Shown: positions 1 to 8,470 of the stretch, piece by piece | How the letters are laid out: each line of letters begins with the position of its first letter | Position numbering within the stretch: the first letter of the stretch is position 1 | Assembly: GCA_041746575.1 (NCBI GenBank) | Contig: JBGTGT010000050.1 | Coordinates: 1-18,781 of the forward strand | Origin: Microcystaceae cyanobacterium | Lineage (GTDB): Bacteria; Cyanobacteriota; Cyanobacteriia; Cyanobacteriales; Microcystaceae | Direction: 5' to 3' | Length of the DNA: 18,781 nucleotides | The notes under the pieces: model-generated | Databases searched by the model: none | Told to the model about the DNA's origin: nothing | What the model saw: the letters and a program-made list of their open reading frames with translations, nothing else | Made by a program: the position numbers and the translations under genes

Positions 1-423
1 TCTTATTGCTTTTCTCTAAGATGCGATCGCATAGAAATGATCATTTCCCTGTTTTGTCTCTTTTGTCAATTTTTTCCTTTGGCGATCGCTTCTCAAGATT
101 ACGTCCATCTTTCGTTTCTTTTGTCAATGCGAAACTCCTAAAAAACTATTTATTAAAAAATACAGCTATGTCATTTATTTAACCCGAATTTATCTTTATT
201 AAGGGTCATTTTCTGTAAAATATACGGACGTATTTAATTCTTGAAAATACAAAACTTTCTGTGTCTTTTCATTTTTCATTTTCATCAAAAATTACTTAAG
301 TATTTACTCTAGGAAGAAAGCTTTTCAATTAAAATTCATTTATTATTCATACTGAATTGGGAAATAATTCTAATAGAAACTATTTATCAAGATATAGCCA
401 TAAAACTATACTAATTTTGAGCA

Positions 424-445
424 AAAGTCAGTGACTTTGATCACC
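424..445. promoter_or_regulatory. Candidate operator: inverted repeat AAAGTCA-G-TGACTTT overlapping a CRP-like core GTGA-N6-TCAC
   Basis: Perfect 7-1-7 inverted repeat at 424-438. GTGA-CTTTGA-TCAC at 431-444. A TACAAT -10 candidate lies at 507-512, upstream of the methyltransferase. Confidence 0.35.
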
Positions 446-550
446 GATTTACCCCCCCCACAGGATTACAACCCGTTATTGATTCCTTGCCCTCTTCTGA
501 AAAAGATACAATAGAAAAGTCTCGTCTCTTTGTCTCTGCATTCCCTAATC

Positions 551-1153
551 ATGACTGACTCTTTTCTGCATCAAAAACGAATCTTTTTTGATAGATGGGC
601 AAATTTCTACGATTTTCTCTTAACCACAGTAATTTACCAAGCTATCCATCGACGATTACTGTCTTATGTGACTTTGCCGCCTCAGGCACAGGTTCTCGAT
701 TTAGGCTGCGGCACAGGTCGCCTTTTGAATCGTTTAGGGGAGCAATATCCGGATTTTTTAGGCATAGGACTTGATTTATCGGCTGAGATGATCAAACAAG
801 CGAGGAGATCCAATACCCATCACCCTCAACTAATTTTCTTGAGAGGAGAAGCAACTGCCCTTCCTTTTGGTAATGGACAATTCGATGCGGTGTTTAATAC
901 CATTAGCTTTTTGCATTATCCAAATCCTCAAAGGGTGTTAACAGAAATTCGACGGGTTTTGCAACCAGAGGGCTATTTTTATCTAGTAGATTACACTGTG
1001 GCACAATCGGGGCAGTTTTCTATTTCTCCCGGCGGTTTAAGGCTCTATAGCCCTCAGAAAAGAGAAGAAATGGGGCAAGGAGTGGGTTTATCCTGCCAAG
1101 GGCATCATTATTTATTCGGACGGGTTTTGTTAACGCTCTTTAAAGCGATTTAA
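551..1153 (+). CDS. Class I SAM-dependent methyltransferase (Methyltransf_11 / UbiE-like)
   Basis: Motif I VLDLGCGTG, post-I GLDLS, motif II LPFxxGQFDAV, and LxEIRRVLQPEG. The ORF track starts at TTG 530; ATG 551 is the more likely start. Confidence 0.9.
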   Translation: MTDSFLHQKRIFFDRWANFYDFLLTTVIYQAIHRRLLSYVTLPPQAQVLDLGCGTGRLLNRLGEQYPDFLGIGLDLSAEMIKQARRSNTHHPQLIFLRGEATALPFGNGQFDAVFNTISFLHYPNPQRVLTEIRRVLQPEGYFYLVDYTVAQSGQFSISPGGLRLYSPQKREEMGQGVGLSCQGHHYLFGRVLLTLFKAI

Positions 1154-1277
1154 TCATTTGTTTACGATGGCATCATCACGGTCTATTTTTAGGAGCGAAG
1201 TGATAGCTCTCACTAGCAAACCGTGATGTTGGTCAAATCTTTCCTTCTTCTTCTCGTATTTTTGGGGACGCTAATGA

Positions 1278-1949
1278 ATGTCTGCATCGCAATCTTTATC
1301 TGAAAACCCTCAAAATGGTTTGGTGATTTTTAGTCGTTATCCTGAACCTGGCCGCACGAAAACCCGCATGATTCCAGTGTTAGGTGCAATCGGAGCGGCC
1401 GATTTACAACATCAAATGACGGAACATACTTTAAATATTGTTAACCAATGGACGGCGCAATCTTCTGTCAACGTTTTCCTATTTTATACAGGGGGCAATT
1501 TGGCTTTAATGAAAAATTGGTTAAGGGATCAGTATGGTTATGTTAAGCAGGGAGGCGGCGATTTAGGGGAACGGATGAAAGAGGCATTTGCTTGGTCTTT
1601 TCAGGCTAATCTGAAGAAGGTTATGATTATCGGTATTGATTGCCCCGATTTAACGCCTGCCATCTTACAACAGGGATTAGAGCAGTTAGAGACGCACGAT
1701 TTAGTCCTAGGCCCTGCTTTGGATGGGGGATATTATTTAATTGGAGCAAAACAACTGATTCCGGAATTATTTAAAGATATTCCTTGGGGAACAAGTGAAG
1801 TTCTGGCGAAGACAAAAGCGATCGCCGCTCAATGCCATTTAACAACGGCTTTCCTTGCTCCGTTAGCCGACGTGGATCGTCCTGAAGATTTACCTTTATT
1901 TCAAAAATATTCGACAATTTCTTTCAATTCTCTAGGTTGTCCTCATTAA
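1278..1949 (+). CDS. TIGR04282/DUF2064 family transferase (annotated as arsenosugar-biosynthesis glycosyltransferase)
   Basis: Family signatures FSRYPEPGRTKTRM, QGGGDLGERM, IIGIDCP, VLGPALDGGYYLIG, IPWGTSEV and LADVDRPEDL. Confidence 0.88.
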   Translation: MSASQSLSENPQNGLVIFSRYPEPGRTKTRMIPVLGAIGAADLQHQMTEHTLNIVNQWTAQSSVNVFLFYTGGNLALMKNWLRDQYGYVKQGGGDLGERMKEAFAWSFQANLKKVMIIGIDCPDLTPAILQQGLEQLETHDLVLGPALDGGYYLIGAKQLIPELFKDIPWGTSEVLAKTKAIAAQCHLTTAFLAPLADVDRPEDLPLFQKYSTISFNSLGCPH

Positions 1950-2316
1950 AATCTCTAAGTTTTCCGATTAGTTGACTCAGTAACCAATTAGCGGCTGTTG
2001 CGCGACGGGTCATACGGGGGTTAAATTCGCCGATTTTATAGCCTTTAAAGCCTAATTTTTCTTTGAGTAATTGTTTATTTTCAGGGGGAATAGATCGGGT
2101 TAGTTTAACGGTGGGAGGACGATTTTCAATAAAGTCGGGAGGATTAGGGTATTCTTTACGCCAATCCGCCAAAACGTTGCTATTATCCCACGTTTTTTCC
2201 CTTTCATCATAACGGTAACCTAAATAATACCACAGTAATTGATTGACCGTTGCATCGTCGATTTCATCATTGAGAATTGCCCAAAGGGTATTCGTATTTA
2301 GAGGGGGTAAATTCAT
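1924..2316 (-). CDS. DUF1823 family conserved cyanobacterial protein
   Basis: Conserved blocks LWYYLGYRY, PPDFIENRPPTVKLTRSIPPENKQLLKEKLGFKGYKI and TRRATAANWLL. Its 3' end overlaps the convergent transferase gene by 26 bp. Confidence 0.8.
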   Translation of the reverse strand: MNLPPLNTNTLWAILNDEIDDATVNQLLWYYLGYRYDEREKTWDNSNVLADWRKEYPNPPDFIENRPPTVKLTRSIPPENKQLLKEKLGFKGYKIGEFNPRMTRRATAANWLLSQLIGKLRDFNEDNLEN

Positions 2317-2360
2317 AAATCACCTGAATATAAAGTAGCAATTGAGCTGCCAATCTTATT

Positions 2361-3788
2361 CTATAAAGTGACGGGGAGATTAAAATAATTAGCGATTTTC
2401 TTGAGCATTGCTAATTCTTCTAGCATAATCACCCCATCTAATTTAGCGACTTGTTCACATTGAGCCATTAAAGCGATCGCAAAGTCTTGATTGAGTTGTA
2501 GCAGTAAATCGTCTAAAGAAGGCGGATTATCTAAATTTTGAGAAATCGTTTCTAAGGAGGCAGGACTCAAATTTAACGTTTGTAATTCTGGGAGAATCGT
2601 TTCTCGTGTTTGACTGGAATTTCCCGCTAAAATCAGATGAACTAATATCTGATCCATGATCACTTCTTGAGCAATCGCTGTTTGTAAATAGTTTGCCCCT
2701 TCTAATTGGGCTTGTTCAAGGGTGGCTTCCATCGTTAGGGAATTCACTTTAGCCGCATAAAATCGACAAGCACCCCGTCCTAAGGCGTAGATAATTAAAG
2801 CATTGGTACTTGCGCCAATCACAGCACCGGCGGCTGGAATATTGCGGAAAAAGCCTAATCCAGCTTTGACAGCATATTGTCCTCCTAGGTTAGCCGCTTG
2901 ACTTCCGCCTAAAGCTAAACCAAAAATCGCTAAAACTTCCCCTTTTCTGGCACTATCTTGCAAATCTAAACCGTAAGCACAAGCGATCTGATAAACCATT
3001 TCTGCTTGTAATAGGGTAGTCGCCACTAAATCAACGGCAAAGGTAGCGGCTGCAACACCGGGTAATAGACTACTTGCTAGTCCTGTCCCTCCTGCATACA
3101 TGGCTTTATTGATAATGATATAGTGAGCAATTTCAGGCGGCTTTTCGTGAGGATATTTTTGCTGTAATTTCTTAACTTCTGTTTCTGCTTTCACCACATC
3201 CACTGTGTCAATAATCTGAATCAACCAATCCAGTTGAAAGGCTTGGGTTATTTGCTTGAGTTGAGGGTTATTATTCACTAAATCGCATAAATATCCTACC
3301 CCATCTGGCGCAGATAAAGCCGCTTGAGCAATAGCTGATCCTGTGCTAACCGTTGCACCAGCGATCGCTCCACCAATATTTTTAGCAGTATCCGTAACCA
3401 TTCCACCCGCTTGTACGACTGCACCACCAACCGCTTCATTTGTCCAAGTCACCGTTTGAGTAAGGGAATTCCACCAAGATGATTTAGGCGTAATTGGCTG
3501 TATTGCTAAGGATTCTAACGGAAATTCTTCCTCCCATTGAGGAAAAGTTTCTTCGTGCTTTTTGCCATAAACTTTGATTTTTTTGAGTGATCCCAGATCA
3601 AATTGATTGATTCTTCCTTTAATCAAGTTAATGACTTTTTCTTGTTCATCAATTTCATTCCCCTCTATCATAATCATTAGACAAGTTTCTTTGAGAGAAA
3701 CGCTAGAGACGGTCAAGGCAAACGTTGCTAGATACTCGTCAAGAGAAAAAGTAATAACGGAAATATCAAACTGAGCGGCAATATTCAT
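2361..3788 (-). CDS. Multi-domain membrane-associated protein: EcsC/DUF697-like core with TerB-like C-terminus
   Basis: 475 aa ORF with Gly/Ala-rich helices, DLVATTLLQAEMVYQIACAYGLD and IPAAGAVIGASTNA (EcsC-like). The C-terminal AKLDGVIMLEELAMLKKIA resembles the TerB motif. Confidence 0.6.
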   Translation of the reverse strand: MNIAAQFDISVITFSLDEYLATFALTVSSVSLKETCLMIMIEGNEIDEQEKVINLIKGRINQFDLGSLKKIKVYGKKHEETFPQWEEEFPLESLAIQPITPKSSWWNSLTQTVTWTNEAVGGAVVQAGGMVTDTAKNIGGAIAGATVSTGSAIAQAALSAPDGVGYLCDLVNNNPQLKQITQAFQLDWLIQIIDTVDVVKAETEVKKLQQKYPHEKPPEIAHYIIINKAMYAGGTGLASSLLPGVAAATFAVDLVATTLLQAEMVYQIACAYGLDLQDSARKGEVLAIFGLALGGSQAANLGGQYAVKAGLGFFRNIPAAGAVIGASTNALIIYALGRGACRFYAAKVNSLTMEATLEQAQLEGANYLQTAIAQEVIMDQILVHLILAGNSSQTRETILPELQTLNLSPASLETISQNLDNPPSLDDLLLQLNQDFAIALMAQCEQVAKLDGVIMLEELAMLKKIANYFNLPVTL

Positions 3789-3865
3789 AGAGACAACAGG
3801 ATTTATTCAACAATCAAGTAACGGGACAAAAATATTGACAGTCATTGCGCTTCGCGACCTTTGCC

Positions 3866-3888
3866 ATGACATTGTGTCATTAATTTTA
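3866..3888 (-). promoter_or_regulatory. Putative -10 (TAAAAT, minus strand) followed by inverted repeat ATGACA-TTG-TGTCAT
   Basis: ATTTTA at 3883-3888 reads TAAAAT on the minus strand. A perfect 6-3-6 inverted repeat at 3866-3880 covers the predicted start site, 78 bp upstream of the 475-aa gene. Confidence 0.35.
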
Positions 3889-4014
3889 TCCGACCACTTA
3901 CCTGTAGTATTCCCAACTCAGTAAGGAAAATGATACTATAAACTTGATTCTGAAATAGGAAAGATTACCCTAATCCCTAGTCCATTTCAAGAATCTCCTT
4001 ATCCTGAACTTAGG

Positions 4015-6429
4015 TTAATTGGCAATTTTTGACTTTATTTCTGGCTTATTGCTTTTATTTTCACAACTTAATTTAATCGCTTCTGCGGCTGAATATTGAA
4101 TCGGTATAAAGAGATAGCCATAGGGAGAGCAAGAAGAGGGTAAAATCTTTACCAATTGTACGCTGTCTAAGCGATGGGTTGTTTTGCGATCGCCGCTTAA
4201 TTCAAATTGAATGTCTCCTGTTGCTCCCTCTGTCTTAAAATCAGGTTTTCTTAGACTATTTAAAATATTTTTGCGAATGATGCTCGGATTGAAGAAGTTT
4301 TGTCCTTTTTGCAGCCAGTTTAAAGGGGTTTGTTGATTAATGCCTAACCACAACACCTTTGTCGCATCATAGGCCATGGCTGTCCGCCAACTGACTTCCT
4401 TTCCCCATAAGTTCTGCGCTTGCTCGCTGTAAGTGGGGTTGGTATTGCCCAAAAAGTGCCAAGGAATAGCGACAATAAGACGATCTACCCCATTGCGTTC
4501 CTGTAAAATATCACTGGTATAAAGACTATCCCCCCCGACCATCCAATAACGCTTGGTATTGGCTCGAATCAGCTTAAGAGCATTAGAAAACGCATAAGGA
4601 TTGACTCTAGCATCAGGAAAAATGACAAATCCTGTTGCTCCTCTGGCAAGGGATTGATCAATCCCTTGTTCTGCTTCAAAAATGGCTTGAGAGAGATCAA
4701 ATTGCTTCACCACCTGTCCCCCTTGAGCATCAAAACTGAGCCTAAATTGTTCTTGCAGCGAACGACTATAGGCACTATTAGGGTTATAAAAAAGGGCAAC
4801 TTTTTGCTGTTTGAGTTGATGAAAAAGATATTGCGCTAAGGCTGACGCATTTACCTCATCTCTGGGAACAGTCCGAAAAAAAATAGAACTGTCTTCGGCA
4901 AGGGTTTGGGCAGTACTGGTAGGAGAAATAAGAACTAAATGAGCGTCTTGATAGGTCGGTAAGGCATTACGGGTGCTATCACTGCTATAGTGACCTACTA
5001 TTCCTAAAATATCGGGTTGTTTGACGATTCTTTTGGCAATTTGTTGCGCTTGTTGTCCATCGTTGGCATCATCGCCGATTAAGACGCGTAATCCGCGGCC
5101 GGAAACGGAGACTTGATCGTTAATCTCTGTCTGAAAGTGGGCAATTCCCCGTAAAATTTCCTTGCCGGCATCCCCGCCATCTCTAGGGTTATTCAAGGGG
5201 ACAGCAGCGGCAATGGTATCAAAGGGTCGCTTTTGCACTTCTAATTGAGCATTATTTAGATAAATAAGATTTTCTGGGTCATAACGATCAATTTGTCGAT
5301 GTTTCTCGAACCAAGCGATCGCTTCTTGATACTTTCCCTGCTCATAGGCGATCACGCCGGCCTGTTTTTCGGGAGAAGTATCGGTTTTAAGCAATATTTC
5401 TTCGCCACAACTGAGTTTGTCGTCCAATACAACGGGACAGGTGGAGGGACGAGATAATAATACCCCAAGGAAACTCCCCCCTAACAATAAAGCACCCAGT
5501 CCGATTTTTAAGAAGAGCGGATGAATTTTCCGAGTGGGTATGCTTTCAGAGACGATCAGATGTCTTTTGACGGCAGGATGGACGGTTAAGGGACTATTCT
5601 CTACTTCTGCTAAGGCTTCTATGGCTGATCCATAACGGTTGCTATAGTGATAACGCACCATTTTATAAAGAATTCGCTCTAATTCAGAGCTAATCGTAAT
5701 CATTCCTTTATTAGGTGTCGTATATCGCCAAATTATTTCTCCAGAGTTGGGATCTGAGGGTAAATTGCGGGGATGAACTCCCGTTAATGCCTGAATACTA
5801 ATCATTCCCAAACTATACAGGTCGCTGTTTAATTGGGGATGACCCTGTTGCTGTTCGGCAGGAATATAACCGGGCGTACCGATCGCTTGTGTGGTATTAG
5901 AAAAATCAGTTGCGCTACCAATTTCTTTAACCGCCCCAAAATCCAACAGAACGATTTTACCGTCGCTATCCCGTCGTCTCAGATTTGAGGGTTTAAGATC
6001 GCGGTGAATAATCTGATGTTGATGTACAAAGGCTAACACCCCTAAAACATCTTTAAGTAAGTCAATAACGGACATTTCTGACCAAGGAGGGAGATTGCTC
6101 CCCATTTCTTCGGTGAGATCATGGCCTTTGACAAATTCTAAAATTAAATAAAATTGCTCGTTTTCAACAAAAAAATCAATTAATTCAGGAATCTGACAAT
6201 GTTCACCTAATTTTCCTAAAGTTTTTGCTTCCCTTTCAAACCGCTCTTTAATTTCTCCCCACAATTTCTGATTGGGTGACGAGGGAGGGACAATTTCTTT
6301 AACGACACATAGACGATGGCGGGAGCGTCCTAAATCCTTTGCTTTGTAGGTTTTGCCAAATCCTCCGCGTCCTAATAAGGACAAAATTTTGTAGCGTTTC
6401 TTGAGAATTTCCCCCGAAGTGAGAGCCAT
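4015..6429 (-). CDS. Hanks-type Ser/Thr protein kinase fused through a TM helix to a type-1 (LivJ/ANF-receptor-like) periplasmic ligand-binding domain
   Basis: Kinase motifs LGRGGFGKT, VVK, HRDLKPSN, DFG, GTPGY and SDLYSLG. TM segment IGLGALLLGGSFLGVLL. Binding-domain motifs IVGHYSS, ISPTSTA, FFRTVP, YDA and GATGDIQF..GDR. Confidence 0.92.
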   Translation of the reverse strand: MALTSGEILKKRYKILSLLGRGGFGKTYKAKDLGRSRHRLCVVKEIVPPSSPNQKLWGEIKERFEREAKTLGKLGEHCQIPELIDFFVENEQFYLILEFVKGHDLTEEMGSNLPPWSEMSVIDLLKDVLGVLAFVHQHQIIHRDLKPSNLRRRDSDGKIVLLDFGAVKEIGSATDFSNTTQAIGTPGYIPAEQQQGHPQLNSDLYSLGMISIQALTGVHPRNLPSDPNSGEIIWRYTTPNKGMITISSELERILYKMVRYHYSNRYGSAIEALAEVENSPLTVHPAVKRHLIVSESIPTRKIHPLFLKIGLGALLLGGSFLGVLLSRPSTCPVVLDDKLSCGEEILLKTDTSPEKQAGVIAYEQGKYQEAIAWFEKHRQIDRYDPENLIYLNNAQLEVQKRPFDTIAAAVPLNNPRDGGDAGKEILRGIAHFQTEINDQVSVSGRGLRVLIGDDANDGQQAQQIAKRIVKQPDILGIVGHYSSDSTRNALPTYQDAHLVLISPTSTAQTLAEDSSIFFRTVPRDEVNASALAQYLFHQLKQQKVALFYNPNSAYSRSLQEQFRLSFDAQGGQVVKQFDLSQAIFEAEQGIDQSLARGATGFVIFPDARVNPYAFSNALKLIRANTKRYWMVGGDSLYTSDILQERNGVDRLIVAIPWHFLGNTNPTYSEQAQNLWGKEVSWRTAMAYDATKVLWLGINQQTPLNWLQKGQNFFNPSIIRKNILNSLRKPDFKTEGATGDIQFELSGDRKTTHRLDSVQLVKILPSSCSPYGYLFIPIQYSAAEAIKLSCENKSNKPEIKSKIAN

Positions 6430-6626
6430 AGTGTCTGTGTCGCAAGCGAGTTGAAACAGGTTAGTTGTTCAAAACCAATTGCATCTATTTTAAGGCCATT
6501 TTCAAGTTTGCATTTTAATTTATAATTTTGAGGGAACACCGAATCACCAATCGTTTGACGGGGAAGATCCTCTCTAAAGAGGTCAAATACTCTACAAAAT
6601 TAGGTTTATTAACTCAAAATAGGATT

Positions 6627-7211
6627 ATGAAGGAAAAAGCTAAACTTTTAGAAGCGATCGCTGGTAAAAATCGCGGTTTATTAATCACGGAAGCCGATAG
6701 GGTAAAAATCTTAACGGCGGTTGAACACCTCGAAGATCACAATCCTAACCCCAACCCTTTACAATATCTTGATTTATTGAATGGGGATTGGCGTTTACTC
6801 TACACCACCAGTCGGAGTATTTTAGGGTTAGATCGTTTTCCTTTAGTCCAATTGGGGCAAATTTATCAATGTATTCGTACTGACCACGCTAAGCTTTATA
6901 ATATCGCTGAAATCGTAGGTTTGCCTTTCTTAGAAGGGATTGTTAGTGTGGCGGCAACGTTTGAGGCGGCATCAGAACGTCGGGTAAATGTCAAGTTTGA
7001 ACGCTCAATTTTGGGGTTACAGCGTTTAATGGGCTATCAGTCCCCTCGTCAAATGATTGAAGAATTAGAGAACGGAAAACAACATCCCCCTTTGGATTTT
7101 AAAATCGAAAATCGAGAGCAAAAAGGCTGGTTAGAAATCACTTATCTGGATGAGGATTTACGAATTGGCAGGGGCAATGAAGGAAACGTTTTTGTATTAT
7201 CAAGAAATTGA
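6627..7211 (+). CDS. PAP/fibrillin family protein
   Basis: KAKLLEAI..NRGL, LLNGDWRLLYTT, and GWLEITYLDEDLRIGRGNEGNVFVL. The ORF track starts at TTG 6528; ATG 6627 matches the family N-terminus. Confidence 0.93.
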   Translation: MKEKAKLLEAIAGKNRGLLITEADRVKILTAVEHLEDHNPNPNPLQYLDLLNGDWRLLYTTSRSILGLDRFPLVQLGQIYQCIRTDHAKLYNIAEIVGLPFLEGIVSVAATFEAASERRVNVKFERSILGLQRLMGYQSPRQMIEELENGKQHPPLDFKIENREQKGWLEITYLDEDLRIGRGNEGNVFVLSRN

Positions 7212-7301
7212 TTGAGGTGCCAGTACAAATGACGGTAACAGGGACAAACGAAGAATCTACCTAAAATGATCGCCTATCTGATTCTCCTACTTCAAATGGC
7301 T

Positions 7302-8237
7302 TTAATCAATAAAGGTAACTGAGATTTCGACTGGTTTATCGTCATTTAATCCTTCATAATGTGCCGTGATGGTTTGACCGGATTGAACCGTTAAAAAAGG
7401 GGTAATCGTTCCCAAAGAAATTAGGTCACCTTGTTTGAGGGTTTGACCTTGGAATTTTAAATGATCTTTTAACCAAAGAACTACTTTTAAAGGATCGCCT
7501 AACAAGGTTTGGCTTGTTCCTTTATGTAATTCGTGTCCATTTTGATCTTTAATAATTAATTGAATTCGACTCAGTTTATTTTTCCATACGGTTTTATCCA
7601 GCAAAAGAATGGGTTCACCGACCACTCCATATCTCGCGCCAACATTAACGATGACTAATTTCGTTCCCGTTAATTGACCAATTTGTTGATACATTAAATC
7701 GGGTAATTCAATAAAGGGAATTACGGCATCTAGGGATTCAATAACCTCATCTAGTGTTTTTGCTTGGTTAATTTTATCACTGCCAATTCTAACTATTAAA
7801 TCTCCTTCCAAGCGAGGGACTGCTCCAAAATTAGCTTTCACTTTTGCGCCATTTTTCAATAACATTTTTTCTAATAAAACACCGCTTACTGGATGATTAA
7901 TTTGTAGCTTTTTTTGGATATCAGGGTTAGTCAAGCCCACTTTATAACCTACCGATTTACCAAGATAAGGAGTGAGCAAAGTGACAAATTCTCGTTGAAT
8001 TTTATATCCTTCTGAAAGCGTTAGGTTAGGTACAATGTTCGGAATAGGTTGTTGATTTAAATAATAGGAATAAAGGGTACGAACTAAGGATTGGGTAAAA
8101 CGGATATTGGGTTGGTTTTGAGGCTGAGATTGAACAACAACTGTAGGAATTGAGATTCCTAAGCCAAAACTGAACACTAATGCTTGAATTTTTGAGGGTT
8201 TTATGCTTTTCAGTAAAGAAATTTTCATGATGATCAT
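7302..8237 (-). CDS. 2-keto-4-pentenoate hydratase-like protein (MhpD/FAA-hydrolase fold) with N-terminal signal-like extension
   Basis: GYKIQ, VGYKVGLT, PVSGVL, RLEGDL, PFIELPD, LGDPLKVVLWL and LKQGDLISLGT. Confidence 0.85.
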   Translation of the reverse strand: MIIMKISLLKSIKPSKIQALVFSFGLGISIPTVVVQSQPQNQPNIRFTQSLVRTLYSYYLNQQPIPNIVPNLTLSEGYKIQREFVTLLTPYLGKSVGYKVGLTNPDIQKKLQINHPVSGVLLEKMLLKNGAKVKANFGAVPRLEGDLIVRIGSDKINQAKTLDEVIESLDAVIPFIELPDLMYQQIGQLTGTKLVIVNVGARYGVVGEPILLLDKTVWKNKLSRIQLIIKDQNGHELHKGTSQTLLGDPLKVVLWLKDHLKFQGQTLKQGDLISLGTITPFLTVQSGQTITAHYEGLNDDKPVEISVTFID

Positions 8238-8364
8238 AAAATAAACTAAAAGGCTTTTAAAAGGGATATTCTTAATAAGGAAATAAAATAAACAAGTGTC
8301 TCCCTGTCAATCACAATAGGTCAACTAAGGGCATTTTTGTTCTAAGGTCTGATCCTATCACCCT

Positions 8365-8392
8365 ATCCTCTTCTCTTAATCCTCTTCTCTTA
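8365..8392. repeat. Perfect tandem duplication of the 14-mer ATCCTCTTCTCTTA (x2)
   Basis: Copies at 8365-8378 and 8379-8392, in the divergent intergenic region. Confidence 0.85.
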
Positions 8393-8435
8393 TTAAATAG
8401 ATCATTTGAACTATTTATTGATATAAAATTTCGAC

Positions 8436-8464
8436 TTGTCTGCAGGAAAAAAAATCGTTATCAT
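8436..8464 (+). promoter_or_regulatory. Sigma70/SigA-type promoter of the ncRNA
   Basis: TTGTCT (8436-8441), a 17 bp spacer, then TATCAT (8459-8464). Predicted +1 is near 8471, just before the structured RNA. Confidence 0.75.
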
Positions 8465-8470
8465 TTTTAA

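Noticed and set aside
551..1153. Arsenite methyltransferase ArsM
   Set aside because: Too short, and it lacks the conserved As-binding cysteines (only two Cys, one of them in motif I).
1924..1949. 26-bp convergent overlap of the TIGR04282 and DUF1823 3' ends as antisense regulation
   Set aside because: Short convergent overlaps of variable C-terminal tails are common, and there is no further evidence.
4654..4839. 61-aa plus-strand ORF
   Set aside because: Antisense shadow inside the kinase gene, with no recognisable motif.
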